NCBI GenBank assembly: GCA_038236695.1
Contig: JBBRZM010000010.1
Span: 2,363 to 66,362, forward strand
DNA from: Acidimicrobiia bacterium
Lineage (GTDB): Bacteria > Actinomycetota > Acidimicrobiia > IMCC26256 > JBBRZM01
Length of the DNA: 64,000 nt
Direction: 5' to 3'
Made by a program: the position numbers and the translations under genes. Of the stretch, positions 37,450 through 46,364 are shown one piece after another. Position 1 is the first letter of the stretch. Each line of letters starts with the position of its first letter. The notes beneath the pieces were generated by a model. The model was not told where the DNA came from, did no database searches, and saw only the letters and a list, made by a program, of their open reading frames with translations.

Positions 37450-37469
37450 GGCATGATGACTCTCATGCC
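37450..37469. promoter_or_regulatory. Inverted repeat GGCATGA-N6-TCATGCC spanning candidate start codons
   Basis: Perfect 7-bp arms in the short divergent region between the two ligase genes. Covers ATGs at 37453, 37456 and 37465. Confidence 0.3.
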
Positions 37470-38985
37470 GGACGAGAGCAACCAGGCGACCGCAGGACTC
37501 ATCGCCCACGCGCGCGTCCAGCCCGACAAGCTCATCCTCCGCCACGGTGAGCTGAGCTTGACGTACTCGCAGCTCGACGAGCGCGCGCGGCGGGTCGCCC
37601 ACGCGCTGGCCGCGCTGGGCGTGACACGAGGCGATCGGGTGGCGATCATGCTGCCCAACTCGTTCGAGTTCTTCGAGGTCGCGCACGGCTGCGGCCGCCT
37701 CGGCGCGATCGTCGTGCCCGTCAATACGCACTTCAAGGCCGACGAGGCCGGCTGGGTCGTGCACGACTCGGGTGCGCGTGCGGTCGTGGCGGCCGAGGAT
37801 CTTCTCCCGGCGCTCGCGACTGCTACCGACGTCACGCGGCTCGTTGTCGGTGACGGTGGCGACTACGAGGCCGCGCTCGACGCCGTGGCGGTACAGGGCG
37901 AGGTCGACGACCCCGGTGACGGCTGGCCCACGACGATGGCGTACACGTCGGGCACGACCGGTCGCCCCAAGGGCATCGCGATGGGCGACGACGACTTCCG
38001 CCGCCGAGCCGCGGGGTGGGCCGCGATGGCCGGTCGCTGGAACCTCGGTCCCGACGACGTGCATCTGCTCGTGGGTCCGATGTACCACGCGGGACCGTTC
38101 GCATGGTCGCAGATGCATCTCGCGTTCGGCGCGACGGTTGTCATCATGTCGAAGTGGGACGCGAAAGAGGCGCTGGCGCTGATCGAGCGTTGGCACGTCA
38201 CGAATACCCACATGGTGCCGGCCAACTTCACCCGCATCCTCTCGCTGGGCGCCGCGATACGCGACGGCTACGACCTCTCATCGCTCAAGATGGTCGTGCA
38301 CGCGGCGGCCCCGTGTCCGGTGCCACTCAAGCGCGCGTTCATGGAGTTCGTCGGTCCGGACAAGGTGTGGGAGTACTACGGCGCGTCCGAGGGCGGCGGC
38401 ACGGTCATCAGCCCCCGGGAATGGCTCAAGCATCCCGGGAGCGTCGGGCGTCCGTACCCGGGCAACGAGTTCGCGATCTTTGACGACGACGGCGAGGAGC
38501 TCCCGGCCGGCGAGGTCGGCACCGTGTACACGAAGCCGGCCGCGTCGAGTTTCTGTTACCACAACGACCGCGACAAGACCGCCGCCGCGCACCGGGGGGA
38601 GTGGTTCACGGTCGGCGATGCCGGCTACCTCGACGATGACGGCTACCTGTATCTCACCGATCGCAAGAGCGACATGGTGATCTCGGGTGGCGTCAACATC
38701 TACCCGCGCGAGATAGAAGACGTGCTGCATCAGCATCCCGAGATCGTCGACTGCGCAGTGCTCGGCGTGCCCGACCACCAGTGGGGTGAGGTGCTGTACG
38801 CCGTGGTGCAACCGTCGGCCGGTGCGATGATCGGCGAGACCGCCGTCATCAACTGGGTTCGCGACCGACTCGCCGACTACAAGCGCCCGCGCATCGTCGA
38901 GTTCGTCGACGAGTTGCCGCGTGACCCCAACGGAAAGGTCCGGAAGCCGCAGCTCCGAACGGCATACATCCAACGCACGCGATGA
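37453..38985 (+). CDS. AMP-dependent synthetase/ligase (acyl-CoA synthetase)
   Basis: MAYTSGTTGRPKGIAM and YLTDRKSDMVISGGVNIYPREIE. Start is ambiguous (37453, 37456 or 37465). Confidence 0.85.
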   Translation: MMTLMPDESNQATAGLIAHARVQPDKLILRHGELSLTYSQLDERARRVAHALAALGVTRGDRVAIMLPNSFEFFEVAHGCGRLGAIVVPVNTHFKADEAGWVVHDSGARAVVAAEDLLPALATATDVTRLVVGDGGDYEAALDAVAVQGEVDDPGDGWPTTMAYTSGTTGRPKGIAMGDDDFRRRAAGWAAMAGRWNLGPDDVHLLVGPMYHAGPFAWSQMHLAFGATVVIMSKWDAKEALALIERWHVTNTHMVPANFTRILSLGAAIRDGYDLSSLKMVVHAAAPCPVPLKRAFMEFVGPDKVWEYYGASEGGGTVISPREWLKHPGSVGRPYPGNEFAIFDDDGEELPAGEVGTVYTKPAASSFCYHNDRDKTAAAHRGEWFTVGDAGYLDDDGYLYLTDRKSDMVISGGVNIYPREIEDVLHQHPEIVDCAVLGVPDHQWGEVLYAVVQPSAGAMIGETAVINWVRDRLADYKRPRIVEFVDELPRDPNGKVRKPQLRTAYIQRTR

Positions 38986-39036
38986 CGGGTGATTCCGGCC
39001 GGGCCGAGCGCCCGCCGTCCGGCTGATCGACGGCGG

Positions 39037-40746
39037 CTACGTGGCCCGAAGGAACCGCCCCGCGCGCGCGCCCGTACTCCGCCCTTCGCGCGTCGCGAGC
39101 ACGCCGTTGACGATGCTGGCCGCAACGCCGGTCGCATCGGTGATGAGACGGGTGCCGCCGGCAGGTTGGTCGTCGACGTAGCGCACGCCCGTGGTCGCGA
39201 TTCGATCGGGATCGAAGAGGACGAGGTCGGCTGCGAGCCCGGGTGCGATGCGTCCCCGGTCCGCGAGGCCGAGCAGGTCGGCCTGATCCGCGCTGAGCAT
39301 CTGCACCGCCCGCTCGAGCGTGAGCACACCGCGCTCCCGCACCCAGTGCTGGAGCGTCCATACCGCGAAGCAGCTGTTGGTGTTGGACAGCACGTGCGCG
39401 CCGGCGTCAGACGCGCCGATCATCGCCGCCGGATGCGCGAGCAACCGGCCGGTCTCGTGATCGTCGGTGTTGCGCATGAGCGTGGCGAACTGGGTGGCGA
39501 AGTCGTCGGCGAGCGCGACGTCGAGGAGCACGTCGACCGGCGCGACCCGCTGCTCGGCCGCGATCGTTGCCAGGTCGCGATCGACCAGCTCCGGATGCGT
39601 CGGCGACGCCCGCACCAGTACGTGGTCCCAACGCCCGGAGAACACGAGGTTGGGTGCGATTGCCGCGCCTTCCTCGCGTAGGCGCGCCCGTGTGGACTCG
39701 TCGCCCGCGACCCGGCGCAGCCCGTCGGCACCGTTGGCGCGAACCGCGCGTCGAAGAGTCGGGAGCACCCGTACCAACAGCGGGTTGTTGTCCAGACGCT
39801 GCCACAGCTCGGACGTGAACACCGAAACCTGCGGCACGACCGTCACGCCGGGTCGACGTCGCGCCACCAGCTCGTCCATCAGGTCATGGCCGACACCCGG
39901 GTCGTCGAAATGATCGAAGCACGGTCCGACCACGACCGCTTTCCCGCTGGCCGACGCGAGCTCTTCGTGCCAGCCCAGGTCGCTCTGGCGCTCCGAGCGT
40001 CCCTGGAGCAACGCGGCCGGCGCCATCGCGAACCATCCGGGGCCGCGCCCCTCGCCGAGCGTGCGCGCGATGGCGAGGAGCTCGTCGTCATCGCACACCT
40101 GACCCGGCAGTTGCGTGCCCTGCGGCCCGACGTTGCCGACCACCTGGTCGGTCGTGAATCCGAGCGCGCCGAGCTCGAGGCCGCGGCGAACGAGCGAACA
40201 CATTCGATCGATCTCGTCGGCCGTGGCGGCGCGCTGGTGCGCGTCGGCCGGTCCGAGCACGGCGGTACGGATCGGCACGTGTCCGACGTGCGTGGCCCAG
40301 TTGAGCAACGACGGAGTACCGGACAGACGCGCGAAGTAGTCGTCGAGTGACTGCCAGTCGAGCGGCACGCCCTCGTCGATCGCGTCGCGTGGGATTTGTT
40401 CGACCGCGCTCATCGTGTCGAGCACGTAGTCGCGGCCGTCGTCATCAAGGGGTGCGAGGCAGTACCCGCAATTGCCGGTGACGACGGTGGTGACGCCATA
40501 GCTCGACGACGGGGTGAGGTCGGCGTCCCAGAACAGGTTGGCGTCGAGATGCGTGTGTGGATCGATGAAGCCGGGTGCGACGACCAGATCCCTGGCGTCG
40601 ATTTCCTCACTGCCCGTACCGGCGACCGTGCCGACGTGCGTGATGACACCGTCCGAGATCGCCACGTCGCCGTCGCGGCCCGCGGTGCCGGTGCCGTCGA
40701 CGACGACCGCGCCGCGCACGACGAGATCGTGCTCGGCGGCGCGCAT
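39037..40746 (-). CDS. D-aminoacylase family amidohydrolase (paralog of 3726..5387)
   Basis: ATG 40746 (MRAAEHDLVVRGAVVVDGTG...GFIDPHTHLD). Overlaps the upstream stop by 1 nt (TGATG). Confidence 0.8.
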   Translation of the reverse strand: MRAAEHDLVVRGAVVVDGTGTAGRDGDVAISDGVITHVGTVAGTGSEEIDARDLVVAPGFIDPHTHLDANLFWDADLTPSSSYGVTTVVTGNCGYCLAPLDDDGRDYVLDTMSAVEQIPRDAIDEGVPLDWQSLDDYFARLSGTPSLLNWATHVGHVPIRTAVLGPADAHQRAATADEIDRMCSLVRRGLELGALGFTTDQVVGNVGPQGTQLPGQVCDDDELLAIARTLGEGRGPGWFAMAPAALLQGRSERQSDLGWHEELASASGKAVVVGPCFDHFDDPGVGHDLMDELVARRRPGVTVVPQVSVFTSELWQRLDNNPLLVRVLPTLRRAVRANGADGLRRVAGDESTRARLREEGAAIAPNLVFSGRWDHVLVRASPTHPELVDRDLATIAAEQRVAPVDVLLDVALADDFATQFATLMRNTDDHETGRLLAHPAAMIGASDAGAHVLSNTNSCFAVWTLQHWVRERGVLTLERAVQMLSADQADLLGLADRGRIAPGLAADLVLFDPDRIATTGVRYVDDQPAGGTRLITDATGVAASIVNGVLATREGRSTGARAGRFLRAT

Positions 40747-41954
40747 CAGACCGGCGCTGGCATCATGCCGGCGAGCGCGGCCACATCCGCGTCGACTCGC
40801 CAGCCGTCGCCGAGGTGTGCGAGCACCGCGTCGAGGTCGATGCCGTAGAAACGGGCCGGACCATCGACGAACATGGCGCGCTTCTGCGCATCCCCGAGGT
40901 CGTCGCGATCGCGCAGAATCGCGATCGGATCCGGCCACGCGCCGTCTTGGTGCGGCCAATCGCTGGCCCACAGCACCCGGTCCGCGCCGACGAGGTCGAC
41001 GGTGAGCGCGAGCCCGCGGTCAGCTGGTTCACCGGAGATGACGCACTGGGTCCGGAACTGCTCGACCGCGCTGCGCGCCGGCACGGTCGACACGAGTGCC
41101 ATCTTGTCGTAGGCCTCGTCGAGGCGGCCGAGCCAGTGGGGAAGCCAGCCCACGTCGCCCTCGAAGAAGCCGATCTCGAGTCGCGGGAAACGCTCGAGCA
41201 CACCGCCGTCGAGCACGTACATCACACCGATCGCGAGTTGGAACGGCACCCCCATGTGCCACTGCGTGCGATTGGCCCACAGCCTGTGCATGCCGAGGGA
41301 CGGGCTCCCGGGGTTGGAGGCGTGTACCACCGCGGGCATGCCGGCTTCTTGCAGTCGTGCCCACAGGGGATCGAGGTCGGTACTGCCGAGGTTGCGACGA
41401 TCGGGCGTTGGGATGGGGGAGAGCATCACGGTGCTCGCGCCGGCGTCGAGGGCCAATTCGAGCTCGCGCACGGTCCAGTCGACGTCGGCGAGGGGTAGCA
41501 CCGCGGCCCACCGCAGCCGGACGGGATCGTGACGACAGAAGTCGGCGATCCACGAGTTGTACGCGTGCGCGTACGCGTGGCGGAAGTCGACTTCGGGAAT
41601 GTCGTCGAGGCCGAGCGTCATCGTGGGGAAGAGCACGCTGACGGCGATGCCCTGCTCGTCCATCAGCGCGACCCGTCGGGCCGGGTCGTCGACGCCTCGA
41701 TCGACATCGGTATCGAGATCCAGATCGAGCGCGCCCATTTGCGCCGAGAGACCGCCCGGCGTGCACAGCGTGCCCACCGTCCACTCCATGTTGGTGGGAC
41801 GGCCGTAGAAGAGCACTTGCTCGCGTCCCTGGTCGTCGCGCACGCGGCGCCACATGCGGTCGTGGAACTCGGCCGGCAGTCGTTCGGGCCACATCGCGAA
41901 CGGCTCGAACACATGGCCGTCGGCGTCGATGATCGGGAGCCTTACGCGCGCCAT
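40746..41954 (-). CDS. Amidohydrolase_2 (ACMSD-like, TIM-barrel metal hydrolase) family protein
   Basis: MARVRLPIIDADGHVFEP and WASDWPHQDG. Confidence 0.75.
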   Translation of the reverse strand: MARVRLPIIDADGHVFEPFAMWPERLPAEFHDRMWRRVRDDQGREQVLFYGRPTNMEWTVGTLCTPGGLSAQMGALDLDLDTDVDRGVDDPARRVALMDEQGIAVSVLFPTMTLGLDDIPEVDFRHAYAHAYNSWIADFCRHDPVRLRWAAVLPLADVDWTVRELELALDAGASTVMLSPIPTPDRRNLGSTDLDPLWARLQEAGMPAVVHASNPGSPSLGMHRLWANRTQWHMGVPFQLAIGVMYVLDGGVLERFPRLEIGFFEGDVGWLPHWLGRLDEAYDKMALVSTVPARSAVEQFRTQCVISGEPADRGLALTVDLVGADRVLWASDWPHQDGAWPDPIAILRDRDDLGDAQKRAMFVDGPARFYGIDLDAVLAHLGDGWRVDADVAALAGMMPAPV

Positions 41955-41955
41955 C

Positions 41956-41969
41956 TGACGAGCGTGTCA
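41956..41969. promoter_or_regulatory. Palindrome TGACGAGCGTGTCA (site d)
   Basis: Separated by a single nucleotide from the start codon at 41952-41954. Confidence 0.45.
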
Positions 41970-42002
41970 TATGCGAGCCGGCCCGTCACGACCGGCCCGG
42001 CC

Positions 42003-42875
42003 TCAGGGCTGTGACCCGAGCGCCGCGAGGCGATTGCCGAGCCACTGTCTGATTTTGAACTCCGACTGATTGCCGACACCGATGGCGTGGCGGAGGACTT
42101 GACGCAGCGGACCGAAGAACGGACCCGACAAGCCGCTGACCGTACTCGTGTCGACCTGCACGATCCCCGAGTCGGGCACGGTCGTCGACTTCGGCAGGAA
42201 CGGCGCCGGCCGGAGGACCTTGTCGATGACGGGAAGCTGAGCGAGCTCGGCAAGCGCCTGGGTGCTCTGGTGTCGACCGTGTCGTCATCGAGCGCGTACG
42301 GCACCAGTACCGGCGTGCGATGCACGGGATGCGATCGACGAAGTTGACAGCGTCGCCGATGTCGACGAGCTGCTGCGCCGCCGCGATGAGGAACCCATCC
42401 TCGCCTGCAGTCGCCTTCGCAGGGATCACGGCGCGGAACCCGACGCCGCTCTCGTTGAGACCGTGTTCCCGGAAGAACGTCTCGGTGACGTCGTGTATCA
42501 CGCCGACACCGGAGACTTGAAGCGCGGCGCCGTCGAGCTCGAGTGAGAGCGCGACCGTCGCGGCGCCGAGCACGCCACCGAGCACGCCACCGAGCACGCC
42601 ACCGAGCGACGTGCACTCGTAGAACATGCGGGTGGGATCGAGATCGCGCCGGCCGTCGCCGAGAGTGGTTTGGAACAGCTTCCAGGGGCCGACGTCGAGA
42701 TCGGCGAGCGACGTCTTCACTGCTCGGAGCACCGACGCCTGATCGACGCTCGACTGGACGCGGTGACGACGGAAACCTTCGGCGTACCGGACGTCGCCGC
42801 GCTTGCCATCGGTGCGCCGGTTGTGAGCAATCCGATCGCTGCGGCCGCCGCTACCCCAGTCACCACTCGTCGCAT
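42003..42875 (-). pseudogene. Exported protein gene disrupted by two to three frameshifts
   Basis: Signal-peptide-like start MRRVVTGVAAAAAIGLLTTGAPMASA (ATG 42875). The body runs in a second frame (…LRAVKTSLADLDVGPWKLFQ…AVNFVDRIP). A short third-frame piece follows (HRTPVLVPYALDDDTVD). The C-terminus returns to the first frame (STQALAELAQLPVIDKV…LGNRLAALGSQP, stop 42003-42005). Junctions lie near 42800 (tentative), 42325 and 42270. Confidence 0.6.
42566..42607. repeat. 12-bp tandem repeat (GAGCACGCCACC) x3.3 inside the pseudogene
   Basis: Encodes GGVLGGVLGGVLG on the minus strand. Read directly from the sequence. Confidence 0.8.
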
Positions 42876-43011
42876 TTCGTCTCTCAGCTTGGATCCGCCC
42901 GGTCGCACTTCAGGTCCTTCTGGGCGAAGCGTCGTGATGGCAGCGGCCAAGAGGGGCGGTTTGTGACTCAGGACACGTTCCTTGCTTATGGTAAACGATT
43001 GTTGATAGAAA

Positions 43012-43458
43012 GTGATCGTCATGAAAACCGTCGAGGCACTGACCGCCGCGTTTCGTGCGCAAGGCCTGCGGGTGACGCCCCAGCGCCAGTGCATCTTCCG
43101 TTTGCTGCACGCCAACGACGGGCATCCGACAGTGGATGCACTCTACGAACGGGCACGAGCGCAGATGCCGACGATCTCGCTGAAGACCGTGTACCAAACC
43201 GTCCACGATCTCGAAGCCATGGGCGAAGTCGAGCTCATCGACCTCGGCACCGGTAGCGCGCGGGTCGACCCCAACGTGACACCGCATCACCACCTCGTGT
43301 GCACCAACTGCGGCAAGGTGCGTGATCTCGAGGTCGACTTCCCCGCGTTACGTGTCCCCGCGCGACATCGCGACGGTTTCTCCGTCGAGTCCGTCGACGT
43401 CAACTTCCGCGGGCTCTGCGAGGAGTGCGCTTTCGGCGCGAGCTCAGCTATTCGTTGA
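43012..43458 (+). CDS. Fur family transcriptional regulator (possibly PerR/FurA-like)
   Basis: [25 protein letters not shown] and GLCEEC. Start is GTG 43012 or ATG 43021. Precedes a rubrerythrin gene. Confidence 0.85.
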   Translation: MIVMKTVEALTAAFRAQGLRVTPQRQCIFRLLHANDGHPTVDALYERARAQMPTISLKTVYQTVHDLEAMGEVELIDLGTGSARVDPNVTPHHHLVCTNCGKVRDLEVDFPALRVPARHRDGFSVESVDVNFRGLCEECAFGASSAIR

Positions 43459-43484
43459 CCATCACAACCGACAAGGAGCGAGGC

Positions 43485-43907
43485 ATGCCCGAACTGAACG
43501 GCACCAAGACCCACACGAACCTCAAAGAGGCGTTCGCCGGCGAGAGCCAGGCCAACCGGCGGTACCTGTATTTCGCGCAGAAGGCCGACGTCGAGGGCTA
43601 CGCGGACATCGCTGCGCTGTTCCGCTCGGTCGCGGAAGGCGAGACCGGCCACGCATTCGGCCACTTCGACTTTCTGTCGGAAGTCGGCGACCCGGTGACC
43701 GGCGTTGCCGTCGGCGCGACCAGCGACAACCTCAAATCGGCTGTCGAGGGCGAGACGTACGAGTACACCGAGATGTACCCGGGGTTTGCCCGCACCGCGC
43801 GCGACGAAGGCTTCGACGAGATCGCCGAGTGGCTCGAGGTGCTGGCACGCGCCGAGAAGAGTCACGCGGGTCGGTTCTCGCAGGGCCTGGAGTCGCTGAC
43901 CACCTGA
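43485..43907 (+). CDS. Rubrerythrin-family diiron protein (no rubredoxin domain)
   Basis: AAGGAG RBS before ATG 43485. [31 protein letters not shown] and AEKSHAGRF. Confidence 0.85.
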   Translation: MPELNGTKTHTNLKEAFAGESQANRRYLYFAQKADVEGYADIAALFRSVAEGETGHAFGHFDFLSEVGDPVTGVAVGATSDNLKSAVEGETYEYTEMYPGFARTARDEGFDEIAEWLEVLARAEKSHAGRFSQGLESLTT

Positions 43908-43919
43908 CCGGCCGATCTT

Positions 43920-43958
43920 GGCGTCGCAGCACCGCGGCCGATGCGGGTCTGCGACGCC
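43920..43958 (+). other. Intercistronic hairpin (10-bp stem GGCGTCGCAG/CTGCGACGCC, 19-nt loop)
   Basis: Lies between the rubrerythrin stop (43907) and the Fe-S protein start (43980). Confidence 0.4.
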
Positions 43959-43979
43959 GGAGCGCGAGGGGGCACCGCG

Positions 43980-45278
43980 ATGACCGCGCATCTCTACGAC
44001 CCGCTCCACGCGAACTACTTCGACCCGGCTGACGCGCGGGCCGAACGCGACCGTACGTTCCAGATCTGTAGCGACTGCCGCATCTGCGTCAAGCTCTGCC
44101 CGAGCTTCAAGGACCTGTTCCGCATCATCGACACGAACCACGAGGACGACGTGCCGGCGATGACCGACCGCGAGCACCGCCACGTCGTTGACGAGTGCTA
44201 CCAGTGCAAGCTGTGTTTCGTGGTCTGTCCATACACGCCGGAGCGGGGCCAGGAGTGGGTCGTCGACTTCCCGCGCTTGATGCTGCGGTCGCTCGCCATC
44301 CAGGATCGCGCCGGTGACGTGTCGCGCAGCGCGAAGTTGCTTGCTCGAACCGACCTACAGGGCAAGGTCGCGACCGCGCTGGCACCGATCGTCAACACCA
44401 TGAACGATGTCGGATTCGTCCGCGGCCTGATGGAGAAGACCACCGGCATCGCGAAGGACCGTCTGCTGCCGAGCTTCACGAAGGTGCGCTTCTCCAAATG
44501 GTTCCGCCGGCGCCAACGGCCCGCGCCCGATGCCCGGCGCGGCACCGTTGCGCTGTTCCCGACCTGCCTGGTCGAGTACCAGGATCCCGAGATCGGCAAG
44601 GCGATGGTCGGTGTCTATGAGCGCAACGGCATCGCGTGCGAGCTCGCCTCGGGTCAAGTGTGCTGCGGCATGCCGTGGCTCGACGCCGGTGACGTGCCGA
44701 AGTTCGAGGAGCACGCGAAGCGCAACGTCGCCGCGCTCGTCGGTGCAGTCAAGGCGGGCCGCGACGTCGTGGTGCCCCAACCGACCTGCGCGTACGTGCT
44801 GAAGAACGAGTACGGCGACTTTCTCGGTACCGACGACGCCCGCCTGCTCGCCGAGCATACGTTCGACGCCTCGGAGTACTTGATGGAGCGACACAAGGAG
44901 CAGCCGCTCGACACCGACTTCGACGGCAAGACGTACGGCACGATCACGTGGCAGGCGGCGTGCCATTACCGGGCCCAGCAAATGGGCCCGAAGAGCAAGC
45001 AGCTCATGGAGCTCACCGGCGCGAAGGTCACGATGATCGAGCGCTGCGCCGCGATTGACGGCACGTGGGGGCTACGCGCCGAGAACGTCGAGATGGCGAA
45101 GCGGATCGCCAAACCCCTGATGGAAGCAGTGAGCAAGGCCGACGCAGAGCTCGTGGCGGGCGACTGTCATCTCGCCAACACGGCAATTACAGAAGGCACC
45201 GATCGGACGCCGTTGCATCCGATGCAGGTACTCGCTCGTGCGTACGGCCTCGATGGCACCAGCGCGGACGGCGCGTGA
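43980..45278 (+). CDS. (Fe-S)-binding protein with CCG domains (heterodisulfide-reductase/GlpC-like)
   Basis: [34 protein letters not shown] and the CCGMPW motif. Confidence 0.8.
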   Translation: MTAHLYDPLHANYFDPADARAERDRTFQICSDCRICVKLCPSFKDLFRIIDTNHEDDVPAMTDREHRHVVDECYQCKLCFVVCPYTPERGQEWVVDFPRLMLRSLAIQDRAGDVSRSAKLLARTDLQGKVATALAPIVNTMNDVGFVRGLMEKTTGIAKDRLLPSFTKVRFSKWFRRRQRPAPDARRGTVALFPTCLVEYQDPEIGKAMVGVYERNGIACELASGQVCCGMPWLDAGDVPKFEEHAKRNVAALVGAVKAGRDVVVPQPTCAYVLKNEYGDFLGTDDARLLAEHTFDASEYLMERHKEQPLDTDFDGKTYGTITWQAACHYRAQQMGPKSKQLMELTGAKVTMIERCAAIDGTWGLRAENVEMAKRIAKPLMEAVSKADAELVAGDCHLANTAITEGTDRTPLHPMQVLARAYGLDGTSADGA

Positions 45279-45862
45279 TGCGGAAACTGAGCCTCGACGA
45301 CATCAAGGATCTACGGGCGTACGAGCGCGAACGCGACGAGTTCCGCAAGCAGATCATCGCGATGAAGAAGCTGCGACGAGTGCAACTCGGTGACTTGGTC
45401 ATGCTCGTGTTCGAGAACACCGAGACCATGCGGTTCCAGATCCAGGAGATGGCGCGCATCGAGCGGCTCATGACCGACGCGCAGATTGAGCATGAGCTCA
45501 GCACCTACAACGCGCTGATTCCTGATGGTCGCGAGCTGTCGGCCACGTTGTTCCTCGAGCTCACCGGCGACGAGCAGCTGAAGAAATGGCTGCCGAAGCT
45601 CGTGGGAATCCAACGCGCGGTGAGCTTCTGGCTTCCCGACGGGTCGCGTGCGTCGTGCGTCCCCCAAGACGAAGAACGCCTCACACGCGACGAGATCACC
45701 ACGACCGTGCACTACCTGAAGTTCCCGTTCTCGGCTGAACAGATCGCGTCGTTTCGCGAGCAGCCTGGCACGCGCCTTGTCATCGATCATCCGGCGTACG
45801 ACGCCGTCGTGGAGCTCAGCGACAAGCAGCGCGCCGAGCTCGCGGGCGATCTCGAGGTTTGA
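45278..45862 (+). CDS. DUF3501 family protein
   Basis: ATG overlaps the upstream TGA by 1 nt. [31 protein letters not shown]...VMLVFENTETMRFQIQEM. Confidence 0.7.
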   Translation: MRKLSLDDIKDLRAYERERDEFRKQIIAMKKLRRVQLGDLVMLVFENTETMRFQIQEMARIERLMTDAQIEHELSTYNALIPDGRELSATLFLELTGDEQLKKWLPKLVGIQRAVSFWLPDGSRASCVPQDEERLTRDEITTTVHYLKFPFSAEQIASFREQPGTRLVIDHPAYDAVVELSDKQRAELAGDLEV

Positions 45863-45868
45863 ACCGGC

Positions 45869-46303
45869 GTGCACGTCGAGATCCAGCGCCTCGACCCCGA
45901 GCTGCCGCTGCCGGCGTCGCAGCATCCCGACGACGCGGGGTACGACCTCCACGCCCGCATCGATGCGGTGCTGCCGGCCGGGGGAGGACGCGAGCTCGTG
46001 CCGACCGGCGTCGCGGTCGCGATCCCACCGGGGTTCGCGGGTTTCGTGCAGCCGCGCTCGGGCCTCGCGCTGCGCCACGGCGTGACGTGTCTCAACACCC
46101 CCGGACTCATCGACCCGGGATACCGCGACGAGCTCAAGGTGCTGCTGGTCAACACTGATCCCGAGACCGAGTACCGCGTCCATCGGGGCGATCGCATCGC
46201 GCAGCTCGTTGTGCAGCGATACGAGCTGATCGAGTGGATCGAGGTCGACGACCTTGGTCGCAGCGAGCGCAACATCAAGGGCTTCGGCTCCACCGGCCGC
46301 TGA
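45869..46303 (+). CDS. dut: dUTP diphosphatase
   Basis: DAGYDL, RSGLALRHG, GLIDPGYRDE and FGSTGR motifs. 144 aa, GTG start. Confidence 0.9.
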   Translation: MHVEIQRLDPELPLPASQHPDDAGYDLHARIDAVLPAGGGRELVPTGVAVAIPPGFAGFVQPRSGLALRHGVTCLNTPGLIDPGYRDELKVLLVNTDPETEYRVHRGDRIAQLVVQRYELIEWIEVDDLGRSERNIKGFGSTGR

Positions 46304-46323
46304 ACGGGGGCGCTGACCAGCGG

Positions 46324-46345
46324 CACCTGACGCAGCCGTCAGGTG
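46324..46345. promoter_or_regulatory. Hairpin/palindrome CACCTGACG-CAGC-CGTCAGGTG containing TGAC-N6-GTCA site e
   Basis: Perfect 9-bp arms, 20 nt after the dut stop and 19 nt before the LLM start. Could be a terminator, an operator or both. Confidence 0.45.
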
Positions 46346-46364
46346 GGCGGATAGCCTGCGGCCC

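Noticed and set aside
42960-43011. A Fur/PerR box upstream of the Fur-like gene.
   Set aside because: The region is AT-richer and contains TGATAGAAAGTGATCGTCA. I could not derive a convincing 7-1-7 inverted repeat or a well-spaced -35/-10 pair.
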